64,000 nt of DNA from assembly GCA_963803435.1 (NCBI GenBank), contig CAWDML010000009.1, forward strand, positions 1,248,001 to 1,312,000, read 5' to 3'. A program made the translations under genes and the position numbers. This stretch comes from an uncultured delta proteobacterium (lineage in GTDB: Bacteria; Myxococcota; Kuafuiibacteriia; Kuafuiibacteriales; Kuafuiibacteriaceae). Shown in pieces: positions 53,201-64,000 of this stretch (position 1 is the first letter of the stretch; every line of letters starts with the position of its first letter). Under the pieces are notes generated by a model that saw only the letters and a list, made by a program, of their open reading frames with translations, was not told where the DNA came from and did no database searches.

Positions 53201-56200
53201 CCCGCGACCTTCTGCTCGGCATCCTCGAGAAGGCCGGTCGCTGGGGCGACGAGATCGCGCATCTGACCGACAAGGTCGAGATCGCGACCACCACCGAGGA
53301 GAAGAAGCGGCTCTACCGCCAGATCGCCGAGATCGAGGAGGAACGGCTCGAGGACATCGATGGCGCCGTCGCCAGCGTGAAGCGGATCCTGGATCTCGAC
53401 CCGGCCGATCTGAGCGCGATGTCCGATCTGGCCCGCATCTTTCGGACCTCGGAGAAGTGGCATCCGCTGCTCAACGTGCTCCAGCGCCGCCTCGAGCTGG
53501 CCCAGGAGGACTCCGAGAGCGCGTCAGGATCCGCTTCGAGATCGCCGGCGTCTGGGAGCAAGGGATCGAGGACGGCAACGAGGCGATCGACGCCTATCGC
53601 GACGTGCTCGCCATCGACGAGCGCTACCGACCGGCGCTGGCGGCGCTCGAGCGCCTGTACACGCTTCAGGAGCGCTGGAGCGACCTGATCCAGATCTACG
53701 AGCGCCAGGTCGAGCTGGCCGACGAGGCGCCCGAGGCGATCACGGTCCTCTCGCGGATCGCGGGGATCTGGGAGGAGCAGTTCCGCGATCTCGGTGTCGG
53801 CGAGCCAGACCTTGATCCGGGTGCTCGAGATCGACCCGGAGCACCTGGTCACCGTGAAGGCCCTCGAGCGGCTCTGGCGCGAGTCGCAGGACTGGCCGCG
53901 CCTGATCGAGGCGATCTACCGGCACATCGAGCTGACCAAAGAGCCGCAGGAGATGGTGGCGCTCTACCTGGAGGCCGGCGCGCATCTTCCTGGAGGAGCT
54001 CGATCAGGTCGAGCAGGCCGAGGAGGTCCTCACCGCGGCGCTCGACGCCGATCCCAACTCCCGCGAAGCGGTGCACGCGCTCGGGCAGCTGCACGAGCAG
54101 GCGGGCAACTGGTTCAACGCCCTGGAGATGCTGAACCGCGAGGCCACGCTGGTGGGCGCGCTCCCGGAGGCGGTCGAGCTCCACTTCCGGATGGGCAAGA
54201 TCAACGAGGAGATGCTCATGGAGCTGCCTGCGGCACAGGAGAACTACGCCCAGGCCCTCGACATCGAGCCCAGCTACACGCCGGCGATCCGATCGCTCGC
54301 GCACGATCTACCAGAAGGAGCAGAACTGGCAGGAGGTCATCCAGCTCACCGCGCAGGAGGCGGAGCACACCGCTGAAGCCGAGGAGCGGGCAGAGCTCTA
54401 CCAGAAGGCGGCCGAGTCTCGCGCTCGAGCGCTTCGACGACGTCGATCGCTCGGTGCGCTACTACGAGCTGTCGCTGGAGGCGACGCCGAACCACGTCCC
54501 GTCGCTGCGGACGCTCTCCGATCTGTACTACGGCGACGAGAAGTGGGACGCGGCGGAGAAGCTGCTCGAGCGGCTGGTCGATCGGCTCGACAAGCAGCGA
54601 GGACAAGGACGAGCTCTGCAAGGACTACTACCGGCTGGCCTACATCGCCGAGAAGCTCGGCGACGATCATCAGGCGCTCAAGCGCTACCTGGCGAGCTAC
54701 GAGTTCGACACCACCTACCTGCCGACGCTCGAAGGGCTGGCGGCGGCGCTCCTCCGAGCCGAGCGGTGGGAGGACGCCCAGCGGATCGTCCAGACGATCC
54801 TGATCCAGCACAAGTCGTCGCTGACCGACGCCGAGGTGGTGGATCTGTACTTCCAGCTGGGCGAGCTGGCCGCCAAGCTGACGCAGCTCGACCGAGCCGC
54901 GAAGAGCTTCAAGAAGGCGCTCGACCTGGATCCCGACCACATCCCCACGCTGCGCTCCTTCTCGGAGCTCGCGGAGCAGAAGGAGGACTGGGAGGAGGCG
55001 TACGACCGTCGCGAGCGCCTGATCGCGTTGCTCGACGGCGAGGAGCGCTTCGAGCAGCTGGTCCGGCAGGCCAACCTCTGCCGCGACAAGATCAAGGAGC
55101 CCTACCGGGCGATCGACGCCTACTCGGAGGCGAAGCGGATCCGTCCCGACGACGTGCGCGTCCTGAGAGCGCTGGTACGTCTGTTCGACGAGACCAGCCA
55201 GGCGCCGCGCACGATCGAGGTCCTCGAGGATCTCGCGCGCGTGCTCACCAACAAGGAGGAGCGGCGCGACGTCTACATGGATCTGGCGCGCGCTTGGGCT
55301 GAGCAGAAGGACGGCGACCAGGCCGTCGCGTACCTCAACGAGGCGCTCGACGTCGATGCGATGTTCGTGAAGGCCTTCCAGATGATCGAGCAGATCCTCT
55401 ACGAGACCAAGAACTGGCAGGCGCTCGAGGCGAACTACCATCGAATGATCAAGCGCATGCCGTCCGACCAGAAGAAGGCGCGCGCGGTGTTGTGGCGATC
55501 GCTCGGTGATCTCTATCTGCGGGTCCTCAAGAACACCGAGGGCGCGAAGCTCGCGTACGAGGTCGTGCTCAGCAAGCTGGAGCCTGACTCGATCGACGTC
55601 AGCCTGAGCCTGGCGGAGATCTACTCGCAGAAGCAGGAGCTCGCCCCGAAGGCGCTCGCGCTCTATCACCGGATGCTGGAGAGCTCCGACGATCCGGCGG
55701 TGCCGGCCCGGAAGCTCTTCGAGCTGTACCACGCGCTGGGCCGGCTCGACCGGGCGTTCTGCGCGCTCGGTTCGCTGATCCTGATGCGCGCCGCCAACGA
55801 GATGGAGGTGCAGGCGTATCAGATGTTGCTCAAGCGTGTGCCGGCGTCACCGCAGCGCTCGTTGACGGACAACCTGTGGCGGAAGAACGTGCTCCATCCG
55901 GCGTGCCGGAACTCGCTGGCCGACATCTGCAGCATCCTCTATCGCGGCGCGCCGGATCTGTTCATGGACGGCCAGCGTGCGCTGGCGCTCCGGAAGAAGG
56001 AGAAGGTCGACCTCACGGACAAGGGCAAGAACGCCCGGGTGCGCCTGCGCTACTTCGACATCTGGTCGAGGTTGCAGGGCGCGATGCACGTCGGTGAGAT
56101 GGAGCACTTTCACCGTCCTGGGAACTCGCACTCACCTCGTCTCTACCCGGGCGCGCCGGCGGTGATGTTCGCCGGCGAGCAGCACGAGGCGTTCAAGACG

Positions 56201-56689
56201 ATGCCGCCCCGCCAGATCGCGTGGACCATCGCGAGGCAGATGGCCACGGCCCGTCCGGAGCTGGCCCCGGTGCGGGCGCTGCCTCCGGACGAGGTGGGCG
56301 CGGCGATCGAGGCGGCGATCCTCATGTTCTCCCCGGAGGGGAGCGGGGTGGATCTCAGCCTCGACGCCCGTCTGGTGCAGAGCTGGAAGAAGAACCTCCA
56401 GCGGTACCTGGTGGAGCGGGCGGTGCGGGCCCTCCGCGACCCGGTGGTCCAGTGCCTGGAACAGCGGGAGATGCGACATCTGGCCCGTTTCCTCGAGGGC
56501 GCCGAGCACACGGCCTCCCGGGCGGCCCTCCTGATGGCGCAGGACGTCGGAGCCGCCGAGCGTGGCCTCGGGGAGTCGGATCAGCTCGTGGATGTATCCT
56601 TCCGTGCGCGGGTTCGTGCGCTCATGCTCTTCACGCTCAGCGAGGACCATTTCATCCTTCGGGAAAAGCTCGGCCTCGCCATCACGTAG
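44225..56689 (+). CDS. gltI: Giant TPR-repeat gliding protein GltI/AgmK-like (~4150 aa; frameshifts near 45557 and several at 53050-54600)
   Basis: Continuous TPR-like repeats (ALxxLERLY, AIxxYxxxLxxxP) across frames; position between gltH-like and gltJ-like genes. Confidence 0.8.
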
Positions 56690-56720
56690 GGTCGTCGGAA
56701 GCGTTTGGAAACACGCGTTC

Positions 56721-56749
56721 TTGACGGGATTCTGGGTGATTCCTAGGAT
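56721..56749 (+). promoter_or_regulatory. Sigma70-like promoter of gltJ
   Basis: TTGACG-N17-TAGGAT. Confidence 0.6.
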
Positions 56750-56781
56750 CGGTCGACGCCCTCGGGCGTTCGAATCCGCTG

Positions 56782-59308
56782 ATGAAATTCACCTGCGAGA
56801 ACTGCGGCGCCCAATACCTGATCGCCGACTCCAAGCTTGGCGATCGCGGTGTGAAGGTCCGTTGCAAGAAGTGCTCTTACGTCATCATCCTTCGGCCGCA
56901 CGGATGGGCGGCCGATCAGAAGAAGGATGCGAAGGAGGAAGCGCCGACGTCGGCGGACCTCGACGCGGCGTTGGATCGACCGGCGCGGCCGCACGCGGCG
57001 AAGGAGCTGCCGCCGTTCCCTTCGGACGATGATCCCGCGGACATCGGGGTCGCGCAAGACACGGGGCTCTCGCAGGAGTTCGCAGCGCTCGGCTTCCACG
57101 AGGAGTCGACCGACGATCCGAGCCCGCTTCATCAGGTGAGCTTCGACGCCGACAAGCTGGACTTCGGTGAGCTCGGTTCGTCGCCGTTCTCGTCGCGCTA
57201 CTCGGGCGGCTCGCTGGACGACGTCCCGTTCGGGCTCGACGCGCATGCGGGTGAGCACGCCAGCGATCGCCCGGACTCCGACGCCACCGACATCCTCGTC
57301 CGCGGCACCAACGGCCTGGGCGTCTCGATGCCGGACATGGACGACGATGACGACGACGGCGCGGCATCGACGCACGTCGATCGGATCGAGGTTTCGGAAG
57401 ACTACGAAGGCACGACCCGCCAGGCCGACGGCGGTACCGGCGAGATCGTCGCGGCCCTGGCCAAAGTCCAGAGAAACGAGCTGCTCGAGATGCAATCCTC
57501 CCTCGAATCGGACCTGGAAGGGCTCTCGAGCGCGCTCGATCCCCGCGACAAGAAGAAAGCCGCCGCGGCCGCCGAGCCGGCCAAGGCCGTCCATCCGGGG
57601 AGCCACAAGCCGAACTTCCAGGCGCTGAACGCGCTGGCCTCCGAGAGCGACAGCGCGGCTGACCCCGGGTACAACATCGCGGACGAGGCCCTGGCCGAGC
57701 GCGAGATCGGGAGCGCCTTCGAGGCGATGTTCGGTGACGGTCCCACCGACGACGGCTTCAATGACGGCGCCCCGCCCGACAAGGCGCCGACCCGCGTCTT
57801 CGATACCGAGGCGATGCAGCAGGTCGAAGCCGAGCAGCACATGGCGCGCCCGACCTCGAACGCGCAGCAGAACCGCGAATGGTACGTCGCCATCGACGAT
57901 CAGCAGGTGGGCCCGCTCAGCCTCGACGAGGTCCGCGAGCGTTGGGACGCCGGCGATTCTGGCGGCCGACTCGCTCTGCTGGAAACAGGGGCTGGGCGAC
58001 TGGCAGCCGATCAGTTTGACCGCCGAGGTCCGCGCTCATCTCGGCCCGATGGAGGATCGGGAGCGCACGCAAGTGGCGCCGATCCACGAGGACGACTCGC
58101 TCACGGGTTCGCCGGTGCCTCCGCAGATCTCAATCCACCCCGAGCCCGAGGCACGCGAGCACTCGATGGCGGCCGGGGGCGGAGGATTCGGCGGAGAGGC
58201 CGCCATGGACGAGCCGTCGTGGCGACCGAGCGCCGCCAGCGCGCTGGCCTCGCTGGCCGCGGAGGAGCTGGCGTCCGCCTCCTCGTCGATCGCCTCGAAG
58301 CGGGACGACATCGCCGTCGGGGCCGCGCTCCCGGCGACCAGCGATGCGCTCGAGAAGCTCCTCGCCGGGGATCGGGGCTCGACGGCCGCCACGCAGTTCG
58401 GGGCAGCCGAGATGAGCGAGTCGGCGGTGAGACCGCTGCCGCGCCGGGCCGAAGCGATCACGTCGGTGCCCCTGCGCGATCCGGTCGTGAATCGCCGGCG
58501 GAACGGCTGGATGTGGCCGGTCTCGATCCTGGGCGCGGCGGCGATGCTGACGGTCGGCGTGGTCTGGGCGCTCTCGGGGAACAAGACGCCCGCGCCCCCG
58601 CCAGACCCCGTCGCGATGGTGACGCCGCCGCCGCCGGCGCAGCCGGTGCCGTTGCCCGCCCGCGAGACCGCGCCGGTGACGCCGCCGCCGGCCGAGGCGG
58701 CTGCGCCTCCGAACCCGGCGGAGGCCAAGGCTGCGCTGGCCGTGGCCGGCGTCAATCCGGAGAGCGTGAAGGCGGACGGGAAGTCCAACGACAAGAACGA
58801 CGACGACGACGACGATAAGGAGGCCCGGAAGAAGAAGTCGGGCAAGAAGAAGAGGGAGCGCCCTGCGCCGCGCCCGCGCCACGAGCGCCGTGAGCCGGCC
58901 GACACGAGACCCCCGCCGCCGCCGCGTCGCCCCCATCGCGAGCCCACCGACGTCGACGACCTCCTGGCACCGGGTGAGCAACGTCCGAGCCGTCGGACGG
59001 CGGCGATCGAGGAGGACACGCCGCGCCAGCTCGACGACGGCGACATCCTCAAGGTGCTTCGCAACAACCGCAAGGCGATCATCGACTGCGTCAAGAAGCA
59101 GCAGGCCTCCGACGGCAGCGTCAGCGGCACGATGATGGTGAACATGGTGATCACGAAGGCCGGGCAGGCCACCCGCATCACGGTCTCGCCTGATCGCTAC
59201 ACCCGGACCGTCGCCGGCAAGTGCGTCAGCAGCGCCGTGAAGAGCTGGAAGTTCCCCCATTTCAGCGGACCGAACATGCCGATCGACTTCCCCGTCCGCA
59301 TCCGCTGA
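56782..59308 (+). CDS. gltJ: Gliding protein GltJ/AgmX-like (zinc ribbon, acidic linker, GYF_2, TM, TonB-C-like; frameshift near 57955)
   Basis: MKFTCENCGAQY...VRCKKC; EWYVAIDDQQVGPL...SLCWKQGLGDWQP; WRPSAASALASLA; TM segment; C-terminal IIDCV...KCV...WKFP...DFP. Confidence 0.85.
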
Positions 59309-60426
59309 TGCGGCACGTCCTACCGCTCCATCCCGCGCACGACGTGATGCCCCTGGGCCGCCTGGGGCATCACGAGATCGATTCGCTCCGGCTCCTGCTC
59401 AAGGGAGGCTCGGTGGTGGACTGGTTCCGGCTAAACCTCGACGATCGCGACGAGATCGACGCGTTCATCCGCGTCAACGAGCTCGAACCCGAAGAGGCCG
59501 GTGACTGGGCGCGCCTGACGGACCTGCGCCGGAAGGCGGTCGTCTATCTGGTCGAGCACCTGGGCTACAAGGTGCCGGAGGTGATCGCGTCGGCGGACTT
59601 TCGCTCGCTGGTCCGGTACGCCTCGGGGAAGGGACGGCGCGCCTACCGGATGTACGCGTGCATGGCGCTCAAGGTCATGCACATCATCCACTACACCGAG
59701 GCGCACGAGCTCCTCTCGATGCTTCCGATCTCCAACGCGGAGCTGGCCATCCTGTTGACCGCCAAGGTCGAGCGCGTGGTGCGAGGGCTCCTCGAGCGCA
59801 ACTTTCCGATCGTCGAGTTCAGCGGAAACACCAAGACGAGCTCTTCGATCCTCTCCAAGCTGCTCGCCAAGAAGAACACGCAGGCGACCGCGCTCTTCGA
59901 CAAGGTCCGCTTCCGCTTCGTGGTGGCGCGGCCGGAGGACATCACGCCGCTCCTGGTCGCGATCATGCGCGAGCTGATGCCGTTCAACTACCTGGTGCCG
60001 AACCAGTCGGAGAACACGCTCGTCGACCTGGACGCGATGCTGGTGCGCGCCGGCAATCTCACCGCGATCCGCGCCCGGAAGAACGAAGACGCCGATCTCA
60101 ACGAGTCCACCGCCAACGATCTGGCCGCCGAGCCGAAGAATGAGTTCTCGGGCCCGAACTATCGCGTGGTGAACTTCGTCGCCGAGGTGCCGATCCGCGC
60201 CGATCGCATCCTATCGTTCGAGGGCAATCCGCGCCTCGAAGGGCTGGGGCGCGTCGTCTTCGGGACCGTCGAGTTCCAGCTGGTGGACCGGGTGACGGCG
60301 CGGGCGAACGAGACCGGCGAGAACAAGCACTCGCTGTACAAGCGGAGGCAGCTCCTGAAGGTGAAGGAGCGCCTCGAGCGCGGGAAGCGCAAGAAAGTCC
60401 CCAAGAGGACCGCGGCCGAAGGCTGA
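59308..60426 (+). CDS. TIGR04552-like conserved myxobacterial protein with RelA/SpoT-synthetase-like motifs
   Basis: LRLLLKGGSVVDWFRL, ACMALKVMHIIH, KTSSSILSKLLAK, FDKVRFR, SGPNYRVVNFV, EFQLVD and NETGENKHSLYKRRQ; TGATG overlap with gltJ. Confidence 0.8.
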   Translation: MRHVLPLHPAHDVMPLGRLGHHEIDSLRLLLKGGSVVDWFRLNLDDRDEIDAFIRVNELEPEEAGDWARLTDLRRKAVVYLVEHLGYKVPEVIASADFRSLVRYASGKGRRAYRMYACMALKVMHIIHYTEAHELLSMLPISNAELAILLTAKVERVVRGLLERNFPIVEFSGNTKTSSSILSKLLAKKNTQATALFDKVRFRFVVARPEDITPLLVAIMRELMPFNYLVPNQSENTLVDLDAMLVRAGNLTAIRARKNEDADLNESTANDLAAEPKNEFSGPNYRVVNFVAEVPIRADRILSFEGNPRLEGLGRVVFGTVEFQLVDRVTARANETGENKHSLYKRRQLLKVKERLERGKRKKVPKRTAAEG

Positions 60427-60438
60427 TAGGATGGTGCC

Positions 60439-61197
60439 ATGAGACCCGGCACCCAGATGCAGGCCTCCTTCCCTCGGCCGGGCAAGGCGCTGCTCGCGCT
60501 GATCTTTGCGAACGTCATCTGCTACGTGCTGCAACTGCTGCTCCTCCGCGCCAACCAGGTATGGGTGACCGAGCTGTACCTTCGCCCCGCCGCGGTCCTG
60601 GAGGGCGGCAAGGTCTGGCAGCCGTTCACCTACGTCTGGCTGCACGATCCGCAGCGCCCGTTCCACCTGCTGATGAACATGCTCTGGCTGTGGATGTTCG
60701 GCACCCGGCTCGAGCAATGGTGGGGGCCCAAGCGCTTCCTCGGCGCCTATGGGATCTTCGCCCTGGGCGGCGGCGCGCTGACCCTGCTGGTCGGGCTCCT
60801 CTCCAAGACCTCCGTCTTCGGACCGCTGCTCCCCGAGTTCTGGACCGCCCCTCACCTCGGCGCCAGCGGTGCGGTCGTCGGCATGACCGCCGCGTTTGGG
60901 CTCAGCTTCGCCAACGAGGAGATGAACCTCCTGTTCATCGGACAGATGAAGGGCAAGACGTTCGTGCTGATCATCCTCGCGATCGAGCTGCTGGTGGCCC
61001 TGAGCTATGAGCCGACCTCGTCGACGAGCCACTTCGGCGGGATGATCGCCGCCTACATCCTCTGCCGGGGCCTCTGGCGCCCCGGGCGCTGGAAGGAGAT
61101 GGCGCGGCACGCGGACCTGATGCGAAAGAAGAAGAAGATCGAGGCCGAGCTGCGCGTGATCCGGGGCGGGAAGGACGATCCGTCGGGCTGGAACTGA
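60439..61197 (+). CDS. Rhomboid family intramembrane serine protease
   Basis: WQPFTYVWLH, HLLMNMLWLWMFG, GASGAV and SHFGG. Confidence 0.92.
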   Translation: MRPGTQMQASFPRPGKALLALIFANVICYVLQLLLLRANQVWVTELYLRPAAVLEGGKVWQPFTYVWLHDPQRPFHLLMNMLWLWMFGTRLEQWWGPKRFLGAYGIFALGGGALTLLVGLLSKTSVFGPLLPEFWTAPHLGASGAVVGMTAAFGLSFANEEMNLLFIGQMKGKTFVLIILAIELLVALSYEPTSSTSHFGGMIAAYILCRGLWRPGRWKEMARHADLMRKKKKIEAELRVIRGGKDDPSGWN

Positions 61198-61200
61198 CGG

Positions 61201-62559
61201 TCAGACGGCGATCGCGATCGCTTTGTCCGTCTCGGCGGCGTCGACCTCCTCGACCTCGCCGTCCTGCCCGAGCCACACCGTGCTGCCGGGCGCGCGGCCG
61301 AGCAGGCGCTCCATCGCCGGAACCACCGCCTCGTCGACCGGCCCCACCAAGGTGAGGACGGCGCGGCCGCGATCGAACATCCGGGCCGCCAGGGCGGCGA
61401 CGTCCGCCGGGGTCACCTTCATCGCCTCGTCGAGCCAGTCCTCGTAGCCCGCGTTTCGGCCCATGAGGGCGCTGGCGCCGTACCAACCCGCGATCTCGCT
61501 CGGATCGTCGAGCGCGAACTCGAGCTCGCTGACGTGGCGGGTCTTGGCCCGATCGAGCTCGGCGTCGCTGATGTCGCCGAGGCTCTCCAGCACCGCCAGG
61601 GTCTCGCGGACCGCGGACTCCGCCTTCTCCTCGGCACACACGATCTCGACGTCGAGCGCGGCGATGTCTGCGTACGCGTCGATGGCGGCGGCCATCGAGT
61701 AGGCGATCCCGCGCTGCTCGACGATCGCCTGCCGGAGCCGCGCACCGAAGCCGTCGTCCAGGATGCGCTTGAGCAGGAGCAGCGCCGGAAAGTCGGGATC
61801 GTGCTCGTGGGGCGCCGTGAAGGACAGGAGCAGCGAGACCTGCGCGTCCTCGGAGGGCTGGACGTGGATCGGGAGGCCCTCGCGCGGGATCGGTCGGCCG
61901 AGCTCCGGGAGTGTGCGGCCGCGCGGCATACGCCCGAAGGTGGAGGCGGCCTCCGCCAGCATCTCGTCGGGATCGACGCGCCCGGCGATCACCAGCACGC
62001 CGTTCTCGGCGGCGAACAGCTTCTCGAAGTGGGTCCGGCAGTGGGCGTCGGCCAGGCGCTCGACCACGCTCGCCTCGCCCGCGACGGGGAGGCCGATCGG
62101 GTGGGCGCCCCAGAGGATCCGGCGGGAGAGGGTGTCGATGTCGAGATCGCGGCCATCGCCGTCGTAGGTGTCCAGGATCTCCTCGATCACGACCTTGCGC
62201 TCAATCTCCAGGCCTTCGAGGGTCGGCTCGGTGCAGACCTCGCCGAGGAGTCGCAGACCGTCACGGGCGTGGCGCGGCGGCACGGTGATATGGATCGTGC
62301 AGGCGTCCCGCTGGGTGAGACCGTTGATCTCCCCGCCGATCGCCTCCACCGCGATGTGGAAGTCACGACTGTGCGGGTGGGTGCGCGTGCCACGAAGGAC
62401 GAGGTGCTCCACGAGATGCGAGATGCCATTCTCATGGAGCTGCTCGTAGCGTGGACCCGCGCGAACCATCATCGCGCAGGACACCGCGTGGACGTGCGGC
62501 AGTCGGAGGATCAAGACAGGCAGGCCGTTGCTCAACCGGTTGCGGACGAACTCGAGCAC
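61201..62559 (-). CDS. M16 family (pitrilysin-like) zinc peptidase
   Basis: LSNGL, GISHLVEHLVLRGT (HxxEH), ERKVVIEE and ARLRQAIVEQRGIAY. Confidence 0.92.
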   Translation of the reverse strand: MLEFVRNRLSNGLPVLILRLPHVHAVSCAMMVRAGPRYEQLHENGISHLVEHLVLRGTRTHPHSRDFHIAVEAIGGEINGLTQRDACTIHITVPPRHARDGLRLLGEVCTEPTLEGLEIERKVVIEEILDTYDGDGRDLDIDTLSRRILWGAHPIGLPVAGEASVVERLADAHCRTHFEKLFAAENGVLVIAGRVDPDEMLAEAASTFGRMPRGRTLPELGRPIPREGLPIHVQPSEDAQVSLLLSFTAPHEHDPDFPALLLLKRILDDGFGARLRQAIVEQRGIAYSMAAAIDAYADIAALDVEIVCAEEKAESAVRETLAVLESLGDISDAELDRAKTRHVSELEFALDDPSEIAGWYGASALMGRNAGYEDWLDEAMKVTPADVAALAARMFDRGRAVLTLVGPVDEAVVPAMERLLGRAPGSTVWLGQDGEVEEVDAAETDKAIAIAV

Positions 62560-62565
62560 CGAGCG

Positions 62566-62594
62566 ATCACACCGTTCGGCGGCCGATCCGTCAA
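62566..62594 (-). promoter_or_regulatory. Sigma70-like promoter of the M16 peptidase gene (leaderless)
   Basis: TTGACG-N17-TGTGAT, 6 nt before the GTG start. Confidence 0.5.
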
Positions 62595-62783
62595 CGGGGA
62601 TTAACCGCTAAACCACCGGAATTCTTTGTGAAATCCCCGAGCTGATTTCCGCCGGCGCAAGGTTGCGTGCCAGCCGGAGCGGCCGGGATCGGGGCCTCGT
62701 TGCCGAGCCGCCCCGCGGACTTGGCGCGGGGCCTGCGGCCGGCCCGCAATCGAAAGGTGGGTCCCTCTGAAAACCGGCTGAAC

Positions 62784-64000
62784 TCAGGCGGTTGGCGCGC
62801 GGTGGGGGCGCGGATCGAAAACCTGAACGTCTTCGGTGGCTTGGGGGAGCGGGAGGACGATGGTGAACTCGGACCCGGCCCCGACCCTGGAATTCACCCT
62901 GAGCTGCGCTCCGTGCTCGGTCACGATCTGCTGGCAGAGCCCCAGGCCCAAACCCGTTCCGGTCAGCTTCGTCGAGTAGAAGGGATCGAAGATCCGATCG
63001 AGGGCCTCCTCGGGGATCCCCGCTCCCTGGTCCTTCACGAAGACGGCCAGCGCCTCGCCGTCACGGCGCGCCCCGAGCCGGAGCGTCCCGCCCTCCGGCA
63101 TGGACTCCTTCGCGTTGCGCACCAGGTTCAGGATCGCTTGGCGCATCTGATCGGCGTCGAGGTGGATGCGCGGCAGGTCGTCGGGGACGTCGAGCTCGAG
63201 CTTCACCTTCGCGGCCTCGCAGTCCCGGCGGACGAAGGTACCGAGGGTGGTGAGGATCTCGCCGACGTCCGCCAGGCGGAGGTCCGGGCGGGGCAGGCGC
63301 GCGAACTTGAGGTACTCCTCGGTGATGGCCGTGAGGCGGTCGACCTCCCGGATGATCGCCTTGCACAGCGTCTCGGCCTCTCCGCCCTCGGCGGTGTCCC
63401 GCAGCATCTCGGCGTTGAGCCCGATCGAGGACAACGGGTTGCGGATCTCGTGTGTGACATGCGCGCTCATCCGTCCGATCGCCGCCAGCCGCTCGGAGCG
63501 GATCAGCGCCTCCTTGGTCCGGACCGCCTCCGTCACGTCCTCGAGCGCCACCACCAACCCGAGCACCTCGTCCTTCTCGTTGAGGAGCGGCGCCACGGTC
63601 ACGTCCGCCAGGAGCTCGCCCATGTGGAGCGCCTCGACGTGGGTGGTCTCGCTCCGCTCCAGCAGCGCGCGGACGGGGCTGAGACGCTCTACCAGCGGCC
63701 GCATCGTCTCGACGTCCTCGAGCGAATGACCGCGGACCTTCGCCGGGTCGAGGCCCCAGTGGGCCTCGGCCGCACGGTTGGTGCTGGTGACGCAGAGCCG
63801 CCGATCGGTCACCACCACGCCGGTCCGCAGGCTACGGACGATGCTCTCGTGGTAGCGCTTGAGGTCCTCCACGCGCCGGTAGGCCCGCTCCAGCTCCACC
63901 GCCTGCCGGTCGAGCTCGTCCTCGCGATCCTTCTGGGCGCGGGCCATCCGCCGCAGCTCCTCCGCCAGCGACGCCACCTCGTCGTTCCCCCCGACCTCGA
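62784..64000 (-). CDS. HAMP-PAS sensor histidine kinase (NtrB-like), 5' part outside the window
   Basis: End of a HAMP domain (DEVASLAEELRRM), a PAS region, HEIRNPL, NLVRNA, DQGAG, FDPFYSTK and GTGLGL. Confidence 0.92.
   Translation of the reverse strand, partial: EVGGNDEVASLAEELRRMARAQKDREDELDRQAVELERAYRRVEDLKRYHESIVRSLRTGVVVTDRRLCVTSTNRAAEAHWGLDPAKVRGHSLEDVETMRPLVERLSPVRALLERSETTHVEALHMGELLADVTVAPLLNEKDEVLGLVVALEDVTEAVRTKEALIRSERLAAIGRMSAHVTHEIRNPLSSIGLNAEMLRDTAEGGEAETLCKAIIREVDRLTAITEEYLKFARLPRPDLRLADVGEILTTLGTFVRRDCEAAKVKLELDVPDDLPRIHLDADQMRQAILNLVRNAKESMPEGGTLRLGARRDGEALAVFVKDQGAGIPEEALDRIFDPFYSTKLTGTGLGLGLCQQIVTEHGAQLRVNSRVGAGSEFTIVLPLPQATEDVQVFDPRPHRAPTA

Noticed and set aside
44225-56689. 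Several separate TPR genes, as split by the ORF track
   Set aside because: The repeat pattern continues across each frame change with no intergenic gaps or start signals, so one giant gene is the simpler reading.
62656-62672. Sigma54 promoter (TGGCACG...TTGC) on the minus strand
   Set aside because: The GG-to-GC spacing is one base too long for the strict -24/-12 geometry.

Overview
This is a very GC-rich bacterial chromosomal window that reads as Myxococcota (myxobacteria-like), based on RomR, gltH/gltI/gltJ gliding genes, a TIGR04552-like gene, MYXO-CTERM-like tails and a Ser/Thr kinase with a PEGA-like domain. It holds about 45 CDS. I found no rRNA, tRNA or CRISPR array. Housekeeping genes include hisZ, purA, leuS, an rlmN-like gene, yraN, a MATE transporter, a rhomboid protease and an M16 peptidase. 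Several genes, including essential purA and leuS, carry clustered single-base indels that look like long-read assembly errors. The strongest candidate for an undescribed system is a ~10.4 kb polyhydroxyalkanoate (PHA) locus at 31386-41768. It contains two class III-like PhaC synthases, a miniature PhaE-like protein, a phasin-like protein, PhaR and an acyl-CoA ligase, with no phaA/phaB nearby. These are followed by a surface-anchored PHB depolymerase, a lipoprotein, an outer-membrane beta-barrel and a lipoprotein hydrolase. TGC-N3-GCA palindromes in three promoter regions link the parts, suggesting a PhaR-controlled 'scavenge and re-polymerise' system. Other highlights are RelA/SpoT-synthetase-like motifs in the TIGR04552-like gene coupled to gltJ, a divergent Hsp90 plus TPR-like pair, a surface protein with four CUB-like repeats, and several apparently leaderless genes. 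All family assignments come from motif recognition by eye; no database search was run.
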